Shown here one piece after another: positions 22,784 through 31,929 of a DNA stretch of 64,000 nucleotides. Under the pieces are notes generated by a model, which made no database searches, had not been told where the DNA came from, and saw only the letters and a program-made list of their open reading frames with translations. A program made the translations under genes and the position numbers. The stretch lies in assembly GCA_016720655.1 (NCBI GenBank), contig JADKKE010000007.1, positions 104,385-168,384 of the forward strand. The letters are read 5' to 3'. Source of the DNA: Bacteroidota bacterium (GTDB lineage: Bacteria > Bacteroidota > Bacteroidia > AKYH767-A > 2013-40CM-41-45). Every line of letters starts with the position of its first letter. Position 1 is the stretch's first letter.

Positions 22784-23191
22784 ATGAAAAAACTTTACCT
22801 GATTATTTTCTTAATGCTTTCGATGTGTCTGGTTCAAGCCCAGGATCGCACATGTGGAACGATGACTTCCCTGGAAGACAGAATGGCCAAGGACCCTTCT
22901 TTGAAACAAAAACATGAAGCCTATGAACAGGCTACGCAGGAATGGATTCGAACACATTCGACAACGAATACTGCTCCGGTGTATCCGGCGATTAAAGGAT
23001 TTGTTCCCACAGGAGACAGAGTGCAGGATCAACAAAATTACGCTACTGCAAAAGCAGCGCTCTTGAGCGACCCTGGAAATAAGCAAAGGAGCAGCAATAT
23101 TTCAAAAGCTCCGGCAAAGAAGTCTGTAAGTACTAAAAAGAAGAATTCCCAGAGTGTTGGATTTCAAACAATGAAAGGAGGCTCAAAATGA
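22784..23191 (+). CDS. Secreted hypothetical protein (propeptide-like, Lys/Ser-rich tail)
   Basis: Signal peptide [20 protein letters not shown] followed by [18 protein letters not shown]. The stop overlaps the next start (ATGA at 23188-23191). Confidence 0.55.
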   Translation: MKKLYLIIFLMLSMCLVQAQDRTCGTMTSLEDRMAKDPSLKQKHEAYEQATQEWIRTHSTTNTAPVYPAIKGFVPTGDRVQDQQNYATAKAALLSDPGNKQRSSNISKAPAKKSVSTKKKNSQSVGFQTMKGGSK

Positions 23192-24639
23192 AAAACATTT
23201 TTAAAGCTCTTTCGGTTCTGTCTCTTTTGTTGTTAAATACAATTCATTCTTCCGGACAATGTCCTTACGATAATACTGCTTATCTGCAAGGTACTGCACC
23301 TACAGTCATTGGCAATTTCATAGAGGCTGCAGAAACCTGGGCAGGAGAATTCAATCGCGTAACCGGGATGGTAGCCGGAAATACATATCGCATTTCGACA
23401 TGCAACACGCCGACATATGACAGTCAGATTTCGATTTATCCTGCCGGTGGCGGAACTTTAATTGCAAGTGATGACGACGGTTGTGGAACATCCGGTGGTC
23501 CATCTTCTATTGATTTTACGCCAACAGTGAGTGGTGATTATGATGTACTCCTGGATTATTATCAGGATGCACAAAATCCTTGTGAAAGCAATACCATTGA
23601 TATGACAATGCGGGTCACTTTAATAAGTACGGGAGGAAGTCAGAACCCACCTGATCTCACCATTCCTGTGGTGGTGCATGTTGTTTACAATGATCCAAAT
23701 ACTGAGAATATTTCAGACGCACAGATTTTTTCTCAGATTCAAGTTCTGAATGCAGATTACCGCAGGCTCAACGCTGATTTTTCTATAGTACCCGGAGCAT
23801 TTTCAGGTATAGCAGCCGATATGAAAATTGAATTTTGCATGGCATCACGCACTCCATCCGGATCCGCAACAAATGGAATCACCAGAACACAAACAAGTGT
23901 GCTCGAATTTACGGGTGACAATGCAGTAAAATCAAGTGCTACAGGCGGCAAGGATCCCTGGAACCCACAAAATTATTTGAATTTTTGGGTGTGTAACCTT
24001 GGTGGAGGTTTATTGGGTTATGCTCAATTTCCCGCTGATCTGGCAACTTCACCAGAAACTGATGGTGTAGTGATAGGATATAAATATTTTGGAAATACAG
24101 GTCCGGCAGTAGCTCCGCCATACAATCTTGGACGAACGGCAACCCATGAAGTGGGCCATTGGCTCAACCTTCGCCACATTTGGGGTGATGCATCTTGTGG
24201 TGATGATTTTGTGAATGATACACCAACACAGGAAGACCATAATTATCAATGTCCCAACTTTCCACATATCACTTGCAGTAATGGTCCGAACGGTGACATG
24301 TTTATGGATTATATGGATTATGTAAATGATAATTGCATGGCTATGTTTTCAGAGGGGCAAAAGGTGCGTGTACAGGCGACTATTGCCGGAGCAAGAAGTG
24401 GATTGAGTTCATCCCTCGGATGTCAGGTTGTAGGTATCGATGAAATCGGTTGGCTTTCCGGCCTAAGCATTTCTCCGAATCCGGGTAAAGGTGAATTCAG
24501 AATTTCTGGATCTTTTCCGGCAGGAGAAAAACTCAATGTCACCGTTTATAATTTGATGGGACAAATTGTTAATGAAACAAAAGTTGTAGATCAGGCAGGA
24601 TTGAAAATTGATCTTAGCAATAGTTCTGCAGGGATTTAA
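23188..24639 (+). CDS. M43 (pappalysin/cytophagalysin-like) zinc metalloprotease with T9SS C-terminal domain; 3' tail frameshifted
   Basis: Signal peptide, a pre-peptidase-like domain (GNTYRISTC...DDDGCG...[11 protein letters not shown]), the catalytic [15 protein letters not shown], and a CTD beginning [10 protein letters not shown]. The ORF stops at AGI*. The next frame (24632-24688) reads [18 protein letters not shown], which looks like a typical last CTD strand. This implies one extra G in ggg at 24631-24633. Confidence 0.85.
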   Translation: MKNIFKALSVLSLLLLNTIHSSGQCPYDNTAYLQGTAPTVIGNFIEAAETWAGEFNRVTGMVAGNTYRISTCNTPTYDSQISIYPAGGGTLIASDDDGCGTSGGPSSIDFTPTVSGDYDVLLDYYQDAQNPCESNTIDMTMRVTLISTGGSQNPPDLTIPVVVHVVYNDPNTENISDAQIFSQIQVLNADYRRLNADFSIVPGAFSGIAADMKIEFCMASRTPSGSATNGITRTQTSVLEFTGDNAVKSSATGGKDPWNPQNYLNFWVCNLGGGLLGYAQFPADLATSPETDGVVIGYKYFGNTGPAVAPPYNLGRTATHEVGHWLNLRHIWGDASCGDDFVNDTPTQEDHNYQCPNFPHITCSNGPNGDMFMDYMDYVNDNCMAMFSEGQKVRVQATIAGARSGLSSSLGCQVVGIDEIGWLSGLSISPNPGKGEFRISGSFPAGEKLNVTVYNLMGQIVNETKVVDQAGLKIDLSNSSAGI

Positions 24640-24741
24640 CACGTTTTGTGAGGCCGGCCTTTTCGTGAGAAAAGTCGTGAAAGAATAATTGTAATTCTTC
24701 ATTTTGAAAAAGAAAAGCAAAAGGATTCAACCAAAACAAAA

Positions 24742-24772
24742 AACGCCGGTGATTTTCTCACCGGCGTTTTTT
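24742..24772. terminator. Bidirectional rho-independent terminator
   Basis: aaaaACGCCGGTGA-ttttc-TCACCGGCGTtttttt, located between convergent genes. Confidence 0.85.
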
Positions 24773-24790
24773 ATGAATGTTTTTAAGCAA

Positions 24791-26016
24791 TTAGTTCATT
24801 GCTTTCGCTTCGACATGTTCCAGCGTACGGCCCGGGTAGACTTTTAAAGCTTCATCAAGACATTTCATTGCACGTTTGAGTGCATCCTGATTCAAGACGT
24901 AAGCAATACGAACCTGGTGTTTGCCCAATTCCGGTTTGGAATAAAATCCGGTTGCAGGAGCGAGCATGACAGTTTCATTTTGATATGCAAATTTTTCGAG
25001 TAGCCATTGGCAGAAGACATCAGAATCATCAATTGGAAGTTGTGCAATGCAATAAAAAGCTCCATTCGGCATGGGGCAGAATACGCCTTCCATTTTGTTC
25101 AGACTTTCAACAACGAGGTTTCTTCGGCTGATATATTCTGATTTAACTTTTTCAAAATAACTATCCGGGTATCAACTGCGCTTCCTGCTGCCACTTGTCC
25201 GAATGTTGGAGGACTCAGTCTGGCCTGAGCAAATTTGAGGGCCGTAGCCATCAAATCTTTGTTTCTCGATATAAGCGCTCCAATTCGCGCGCCGCATGCA
25301 CTGTAACGTTTGGAAATAGAATCGAGGAGGACAACATTATTTTCAATCCCACTGAGGTGCATGACTGAGGTGTAGGGATTTTCAACATAACAAAACTCCC
25401 GATAAACTTCATCCGAGAAAAGCCAGAGATCGTATTTTTTTACCAGATCGCGCAAAGACTCAAGCTCCGACTTACTGTATAAATAGCCTGTTGGATTGCT
25501 TGGATTGCAAATGAGAATCGCTTTTGTTTTTGGTGTGATCAGTTTTTCAAATTCAGAAACAGGAGGTAAGGCAAATCCCGATTCAATGCTGGAACAAATC
25601 GGCACCACCTTAACGTTTGCCTGAGTAGAGAATCCATTGTAATTCGCATAGAATGGTTCGGGGATAATAATTTCATCTCCCGGATCCATGCAACTCATCA
25701 TTGCAATTTCGATTGCTTCTGAACCACCGGTAGTGATCATGATTTCCTGGTAATCCAGATCGATATTGAATCGCTTGTAATAGGTTGTGAGTTTTTTCCT
25801 GTAAGATTCGATGCCGGCAGAATGGCTGTATTCAACCACTTTAGGTGCAAAGGAATGGATCGCGTTGATCATTGTTTCCGGTGTTTCAATATCCGGCTGA
25901 CCAATATTCAGGTGAAATATTTTTTTTCCTTCTTTTTTAGCTTTTTCAGCAAAAGGGACCAGTTTTCTGATCGGAGAAGGAGGCATTTCTTTGCCTTTTA
26001 AGGATGTCTTGGGCAT
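24791..26016 (-). pseudogene. Class I/II (aspartate/aromatic-type) aminotransferase, split by a 1-bp deletion
   Basis: ORFs 25099..26016 and 24791..25093 are the N- and C-terminal parts of one roughly 400-aa PLP aminotransferase (SPIRKL..., NPSNPTG, SISKRYSACGARIG). After ...AAGSAVDT the alternative frame continues PDSYFEKVKSEYISRRNLVVESLNKMEGVF. The shift lies at the C3/G3 run 25167-25169. Confidence 0.85.
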
Positions 26017-26103
26017 TTCCTGTCAAATTTTAATTCACAAAAGTCATATAATAAATAAGCCCTCCAATTGAGGGCTTAAAAATACAAATATTTCAGATGA
26101 TAA

Positions 26104-26581
26104 TTACTTCACTTCTGTGCCTGCAGGAACGTCTGTTTGGACCGGAGCAGGAGCTTCAACATTTCCTTTCAGGTGAAGAACTTTCGCACCACCTTTGCAT
26201 TGGAAGTGATGGTAACAGTTTTATCCTGCATACCCATTTTCCAGTAGAATTAAATTCAACGTGGATCATTCCTTTTGCACTTTTTGCAATAGGTTCTTTT
26301 GGCCATTGAGGAACAGTACATCCACAAGATCCGTGAGCTTCAGTGATGATCAGGGGTTCTTTACCTACGTTGGCAAAATTGAAGTCATAGGATACTTTTT
26401 CACCCTGCTTAATTGTTCCGAAGTTAAATTCTTCAACATCGAATTTAAAATCAGGAGCATTTTTGTTGTCCTGAACAGCAGGAGCAGGGCTTGCAGCCGG
26501 CGTGGCCATTTTGCTGTCTTGCTGTGCATTCGCTGCAACAACAAAAAGGAACATCGATACTGCTAAAATTGCTTTTTTCAT
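26104..26581 (-). pseudogene. DUF1573 protein, paralog 1, with two -1 indels
   Basis: Signal peptide plus the HGSCGCTVPQWPKEPI motif. After ...EFNSTGK the paralog-like sequence MGMQDKTVTITSNAK is in the -1 frame (run at 26237-26240). GGAKVLHLKGNVEAPAPVQTDVPAGTEVK* is in the next -1 frame (run at 26204-26206). Confidence 0.8.
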
Positions 26582-26643
26582 TCTTGTGGATTGTTTTTGG
26601 ATTGTTTGTTATATAGTTAGATTTGAATCTAAATTCGTGCCAC

Positions 26644-27096
26644 TTATTTTTTTGTATCCACTGCAGGCTGCTCTATGGGTTTCTCAACTGTGCCTTTCAT
26701 ATGGATAATCATCGGGTTTTGTTTCGCATTGGAAGTTAAAGTAACTGTCTTGTCCTGAACACCCATTTTACCTGCAGAATTGAAAGTGACTTTGATCACT
26801 GAAGATTGACCTTTCATAATCGGCTCCTTTGGATAAATGGGTACTGTACAACCGCAAGAACCTTCTGCTTTTGAAATAATGATTGGTTCACTACCTGTGT
26901 TCGTGAATTTGAATTCATACGTAACAGATTCACCCTGAGTGATGGTTCCAAAATTGTGTTCCTCGGTTTCAAATTTAAAGGAAGCCACATTGGTATCATC
27001 ATTACCGATGTTTGTGAGTACTTTCTTTTCATCCTGAGCAAAACCTGCAAAGGAACCAAGAAGAAGAAATGCAAGTAGAAGGGAACGGATTTTCAT
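26644..27096 (-). CDS. DUF1573 protein, paralog 2
   Basis: 150 aa. Signal peptide, FKFETEEHNFGTITQGE, EGSCGCTVPIYPKEPI. Confidence 0.85.
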   Translation of the reverse strand: MKIRSLLLAFLLLGSFAGFAQDEKKVLTNIGNDDTNVASFKFETEEHNFGTITQGESVTYEFKFTNTGSEPIIISKAEGSCGCTVPIYPKEPIMKGQSSVIKVTFNSAGKMGVQDKTVTLTSNAKQNPMIIHMKGTVEKPIEQPAVDTKK

Positions 27097-27126
27097 AATT
27101 TGAAGAGGCTTGTTTTAATTATTAAA

Positions 27127-27621
27127 TTATTTTGAATTTTCCAGAGGTAATCCTGAAGTTTTCTTGATCGGCATTGTTTGATCTGAATTGTCTTCCGAAG
27201 CTTCTACAACACCTTTGATGGTGAGTACTTTGGTATCGGATTTGGCATTGGAATTCAAGGTTACTGTTTTGGTGAATGCACCCACGCGTTTTGTATCGTA
27301 GTGTACTTTAATTGAACCTGTTTGACCTTTCATGATTGGTTCTTTAGGCCATGTTGGAACGGTGCATCCGCAGCTTCCTTTGGCATTTGAAATAATCAAA
27401 GGTTCTTTGCCGGTATTTTTGAATTTGAATTCGCATGTTCCATCGGCTCCTTGTTTAATGGTGCCGTAATCATGCGTTTCATTTTCAAAAGTAATTTCAG
27501 CAGCATTTGGATTGTCAGCTTTTACTTCAACTGTTGCAGGGGCAACATCTTGAGCAGTAGCATTGTGACCGGCACCCAGAAGCAGGGCACATGAGATAGC
27601 GAGGTATTTAACAGTTTTCAT
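27127..27621 (-). CDS. DUF1573 protein, paralog 3
   Basis: 164 aa. Signal peptide, ITFENETHDYGTIKQGA, KGSCGCTVPTWPKEPI. Confidence 0.85.
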   Translation of the reverse strand: MKTVKYLAISCALLLGAGHNATAQDVAPATVEVKADNPNAAEITFENETHDYGTIKQGADGTCEFKFKNTGKEPLIISNAKGSCGCTVPTWPKEPIMKGQTGSIKVHYDTKRVGAFTKTVTLNSNAKSDTKVLTIKGVVEASEDNSDQTMPIKKTSGLPLENSK

Positions 27622-27862
27622 AGTTGAGATAGTATTTTAGGTATTACAAAAATAGCCTTTCCTGTGAATATGGCTCTAATTGTCGCCTGCTCATACAAGA
27701 TTTTTGCCAAAATTAGAGCTATGCAATGAAGGCTGAATGAAAATACTTTAGAACACCTCTAAATACCTATTTTGGTTGATGTGCGCAGAAAAGGGTAAAG
27801 CGCGCATAAAAGTAGATATAAATTAAAAGCGCCCGAAAGAGGTTTTTGGAGGTGCGCTTTAT

Positions 27863-27870
27863 TAAATTTG
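27863..27870 (+). promoter_or_regulatory. Candidate Bacteroidota sigma-A -7 box (TAnnTTTG) for tRNA-Gly
   Basis: TAAATTTG lies 20 nt upstream of the mature tRNA 5' end, with a TTG about 15 nt further upstream. Confidence 0.3.
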
Positions 27871-27890
27871 TTGATTAAATGAACAAAAAT

Positions 27891-27963
27891 GCGGCAATAG
27901 CTCAGTTGGTAGAGCATCAGTTTCCCAAACTGAAGGTCGCGGGTTCGATTCCCGTTTGCCGCT
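27891..27963 (+). tRNA. tRNA-Gly (anticodon CCC)
   Basis: A 73-nt cloverleaf. Acceptor gcggcaa/ttgccgc, D arm gctc-agttggta-gagc, anticodon stem tcagt/actga with loop ttCCCaa, T arm gcggg-ttcgatt-cccgt. Confidence 0.92.
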
Positions 27964-27987
27964 CCCTGGTGGTTTTCGGAAAAATTA

Positions 27988-28020
27988 AAGACCCTGTCTG
28001 CATAGATTGACAGGGTCTTT
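27988..28020. terminator. Hairpin terminator between tRNA-Gly and porX (convergent)
   Basis: aaaGACCCTGTC-tgcatagat-tGACAGGGTCttt. Confidence 0.65.
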
Positions 28021-28046
28021 AAGTCGAAAGAAGAATTATCCGGTTT

Positions 28047-29603
28047 TTATTTGGTTGTTAACACAGCGAATGGAATGATCATTTCTTCAAGTGAAATGCC
28101 GCCATGTTGCAAGGTGTTTTTGTAATAGGTCACATAATAATTGAAATTGTTAGGGTAGGCAAAGAAGTTATCCTGTTTGGCAAAAACGAATGCCTGCGAC
28201 AGATGTTGTCGTGGCAACATAGCATCGGCCGGATTTTTCACTTCAAATACTTCCTTCTTGTCATAATTCAGATTCCTTCCTTGTTTGTAACGAAGATTGG
28301 TATTCACTGTCTTGTCACCAACAATTTTTGTTGGTTCTTTCACGCGAATTGTGCCATGATCAGTTGTGATAATCAGTCGGATTTTCTTTTCTGCCATTTT
28401 CTTTAGTGCTTCAAACAATGGCGAGTGCTCAAACCAGGATAAGGTGATCGACCTGTAAGCTGCTTCATCATCCGCAAGTTCGCGGATCATTTCCATTTCT
28501 GTGCGGGCATGTGATAACATATCCACAAAATTGTAAACGATGACATTGAATTTATTCTGCAATAAATTGGGAACATTTTCAACAAGATCTTTCCCTTCCT
28601 GATGATTGGTTACTTTGGTATATGAAAATTTATATTCCTTGCGAAAACGTTTGATTGTATCCGCAAGAAAATCATGTTCGTGTTTATTTTTTCCGCCTTC
28701 GTCCTCGTCGTTTAACCATAAATTTGGAAAACGAGCCTCTATCTCTGAAGGCATCAAACCGGCAAAGATGGCATTACGGGAATACTGGGTTGCTGTAGGA
28801 AGAATACTAAAGTAAAGTTCGTCCTCATTGATGCGAAAATATTCCGATAAGATAGGCTGCAGTATTTTCCATTGATCGTAACGCAGGTTATCGATGAGGA
28901 TCATAAAGACCGGATCCGGTGATTCATCAATGACCGGAAGAATTTTCTTCTTCATCAATTGATTTGACATCACCGGAATATCTTTATCCGGATTTTTCAA
29001 CCACGATAAATAATTGTTTTCGATAAATTTCGAAAATAATTTGTTGGCTTCGCTCTTTTGTGTCGTGAGTATATCATACATGCTCTCGTCATTGGATTTC
29101 TGCAATTCAAGTTCCCAATAAACGAGTTTCCTGTACACATCGATCCATTCTTTCCAGCTAAGTTTATCACTCAGTGTCATCCCGATATTTCTGAATTCCT
29201 GTTGGTAAGCAGATGCAGTTTTTTCACTGATCAGACGTTTGTTTTCCAGATTCTTCTTGAGTGAAGAAAGGATCTGATTCGGATTTACCGGCTTGATAAG
29301 AAAATCTGCGATCTTGCTTCCGATCGCTTCTTCCATAATGCTCTCTTCTTCGCTTTTGGTAATCATGATGACCGGTATTTCCGGTTTCAGATTTTTTATC
29401 CGCGACAGTGTTTCGAGACCTGACAATCCTGGCATATTTTCATCCAGGAAGACAATATCAAAATTGTGTTTTTTAAATTGTTCAAATGCATCACCACCAT
29501 TTGTTGTAGTTGTGACATCGTAACCTTTCTCCTGTAAGAAAAGCAGGTGGGGTTTCAATAAATCTATTTCATCGTCGGCCCAAAGTATTCGAATTGTATC
29601 CAT
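28047..29603 (-). CDS. porX: PorX-type T9SS response regulator (receiver + PglZ/alkaline-phosphatase-superfamily domain)
   Basis: REC domain (ILWADDEIDLL...DIVFLDENMPGLSGLETL...PVIMITKSEEE) followed by a roughly 390-aa PglZ-like domain. The ORF opens at 29666. The internal MDTIRIL start at 29603 gives 518 aa, which is the PorX length as I recall it. Confidence 0.8.
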   Translation of the reverse strand: MDTIRILWADDEIDLLKPHLLFLQEKGYDVTTTTNGGDAFEQFKKHNFDIVFLDENMPGLSGLETLSRIKNLKPEIPVIMITKSEEESIMEEAIGSKIADFLIKPVNPNQILSSLKKNLENKRLISEKTASAYQQEFRNIGMTLSDKLSWKEWIDVYRKLVYWELELQKSNDESMYDILTTQKSEANKLFSKFIENNYLSWLKNPDKDIPVMSNQLMKKKILPVIDESPDPVFMILIDNLRYDQWKILQPILSEYFRINEDELYFSILPTATQYSRNAIFAGLMPSEIEARFPNLWLNDEDEGGKNKHEHDFLADTIKRFRKEYKFSYTKVTNHQEGKDLVENVPNLLQNKFNVIVYNFVDMLSHARTEMEMIRELADDEAAYRSITLSWFEHSPLFEALKKMAEKKIRLIITTDHGTIRVKEPTKIVGDKTVNTNLRYKQGRNLNYDKKEVFEVKNPADAMLPRQHLSQAFVFAKQDNFFAYPNNFNYYVTYYKNTLQHGGISLEEMIIPFAVLTTK

Positions 29604-29836
29604 AAGATCAGTGGAAGTGTCTGCCGTTTTTCGGCTCTCAAAGGTAGCAAAGTTGTTTCGATTCATGGGAATGGTTTAAAATTTCTATTGGTGTAATGGG
29701 CGCATTCTTCAATGCCCTCTCAGTTTGAAACGGGAAGACTTGGTTTTTATTGGCAGAAAGTTGGAATAGCTTCAGATTCATGGTGTAAAATCATTTTTGA
29801 ATCCGGATATTTGCAAACAAGAATAAAAACGTTGCT

Positions 29837-31060
29837 GTGAAATCTGCCCATTTAAAGATTGTGAACGACCCAATTTATGGGTTCATCCAAATTCCTTTTG
29901 AAAGTGTTTTTCGACTTATTGAGCATCCCTTCTTTCAGCGATTGAGAAGGATTCGTCAATTGGGCATGACTCATCTTGTGTATCCCGGCGCGCACCACAC
30001 ACGATTTCATCATGCATTGGGTGCCATGCACCTGATGGGTGAAGCAATTGAAGTATTACGATCGAAGGGACATGAAATTACGCCGGCAGAAGCAGAAGCT
30101 GTAACCATAGCGATTCTACTTCATGATATCGGGCATGGACCATTTTCACACGCACTTGAGGATAGTATTGTTCCCGGGATTCGTCATGAGGAAATTTCGA
30201 GCTTGTTCATGGATCGTCTGAATTCCGACTTCAACGGAGAATTATCGCTTGCAATCAAAATTTTTAAAGATCAATATTCGAAACGATTCCTGCATCAGCT
30301 GGTTTCCAGTCAGCTCGATGTTGATCGACTGGATTACCTGACAAGAGATAGTTTTTTTACCGGTGTTTCAGAAGGTGTGATTAGTCATGACCGTATTATA
30401 AAAATGCTGGAGGTTTGTGATGATGAGCTGGCTATTGAAGAAAAGGGGATCTATTCCATTGAGAAATTTATTGTTTCGCGCAGACTCATGTACTGGCAGG
30501 TATACCTTCATAAAACTGTAGTATGTGCCGAACAACTACTCATTAATATTTTACGCCGTGCAAAGGAGTTAAGAAAAAAGGGAGTAGGATTATTTGCAAC
30601 ACCCGCGCTGGCCGTTTTCCTGGAACGAGTTTATACAAAAGACGATTTCAATAAGGATTCATCTTTGTTGTTCACTTTTGCGGAATTGGATGACAGTGAT
30701 ATTACAACTGCAGTGAAACAATGGAGCAAGCACAAGGATACCGTTCTCTCTGAATTGTGTGTGCGGATGATGAACAGACAACTCTTTAAAATCATTTTGC
30801 AAAGAGAGAAATTCTCTGATGAATTGATCGAAGAGAAACGAAATTTGGTTTCCGGACAATTCGGTTTGAAAGCTGATGAAATTGATTATTTCGTAGTTCA
30901 TGGTACTTTGGTCAACAATGCATACGACACACGGAGCGACAGGATCAATATACTTTTGAAAAACAGGACGATCCGGGATATTGTGGAAGCGGCAGATACA
31001 CTGAATATTAAATCCATCAGCGGTCCACTGGAGAAATATTATCTTTCATTCCCAAAATAA
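29837..31060 (+). CDS. HD-domain phosphohydrolase (YdhJ/dNTPase-like)
   Basis: INDPIYGFIQIP...RLRRIRQLG...HTRFHHALGAMHL...LLHDIGHGPFSH...DVDRLDYLTRDSFFTG. GTG start. Confidence 0.88.
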   Translation: MKSAHLKIVNDPIYGFIQIPFESVFRLIEHPFFQRLRRIRQLGMTHLVYPGAHHTRFHHALGAMHLMGEAIEVLRSKGHEITPAEAEAVTIAILLHDIGHGPFSHALEDSIVPGIRHEEISSLFMDRLNSDFNGELSLAIKIFKDQYSKRFLHQLVSSQLDVDRLDYLTRDSFFTGVSEGVISHDRIIKMLEVCDDELAIEEKGIYSIEKFIVSRRLMYWQVYLHKTVVCAEQLLINILRRAKELRKKGVGLFATPALAVFLERVYTKDDFNKDSSLLFTFAELDDSDITTAVKQWSKHKDTVLSELCVRMMNRQLFKIILQREKFSDELIEEKRNLVSGQFGLKADEIDYFVVHGTLVNNAYDTRSDRINILLKNRTIRDIVEAADTLNIKSISGPLEKYYLSFPK

Positions 31061-31076
31061 TCATAAGCGTTTCGCT

Positions 31077-31778
31077 GTGAAAACCACTCTGCTTTTCCTT
31101 CATGGTGCTCTTGGGAGTACTGAACAAATGAGCTTTTTGGGAAAGGAGTTCAGTCAATTCAATACTCTGTTTTTTGAGTTTTCCGGACATGGAAAAACTC
31201 CAGATGTTGATCGAAACTGGTCAATTCAGGAATTCAGTGAGCAACTTTTATCCTTTTGCAAGAAACACAATACTCCATTGCTTGTATTCGGATACAGTAT
31301 GGGAGGTTATATTGCCTTACATCTTGCATTGCGACATCCTGAACAATTCAAAGGGATCATCACTTTCGGAACAAAACTGGATTGGTCGCCTGAAGTTGCT
31401 TCCAAAGAGATTTTAAAACTGGATCCTGAAAAAATTCTGCTGAAGATTCCTCAGTTTGCAGAAGAACTAAAAGCACGCCACGGTGAAAACAGATGGAAAG
31501 ATGTGTTGAGGAAGACTTCAGAGCTGATGATTTCCCTGGGAGACCATCCTGTATTATTCCCGGGAGAAATGAAGTCCATGACAGTACCTGTATTGTATGG
31601 TCTCGGTGAGAAGGATACTCTTGTGAGTTTGGAGGAAACAAAACTTTTTCAAAATGCAACACCGGGATCAGAATTAAAATATTTCACGGATACACCACAT
31701 CCGATTGAGCGGGTAAATCCCGGTATGTTCCAAAAGGAAACAATGAGGTTTATTGAAAGTATAGAAAGGAATTCCTGA
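31077..31778 (+). CDS. Alpha/beta-fold hydrolase
   Basis: LLFLHGALGS, nucleophile elbow GYSMGG, C-terminal His region. GTG start. Confidence 0.8.
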   Translation: MKTTLLFLHGALGSTEQMSFLGKEFSQFNTLFFEFSGHGKTPDVDRNWSIQEFSEQLLSFCKKHNTPLLVFGYSMGGYIALHLALRHPEQFKGIITFGTKLDWSPEVASKEILKLDPEKILLKIPQFAEELKARHGENRWKDVLRKTSELMISLGDHPVLFPGEMKSMTVPVLYGLGEKDTLVSLEETKLFQNATPGSELKYFTDTPHPIERVNPGMFQKETMRFIESIERNS

Positions 31779-31929
31779 TTTATTCTTTTTTTTTTAAAGG
31801 AGTTCTTAACGGCAATTAACAGGATTTAACCTCGTTTTAACTAAGGCGTGTTGCTGATGAATCTATATTAACGTTCTGATTCAACAATCTTCTGTTTTTT
31901 TAAAAACATGAAAATAGATCTTCGGCCCC

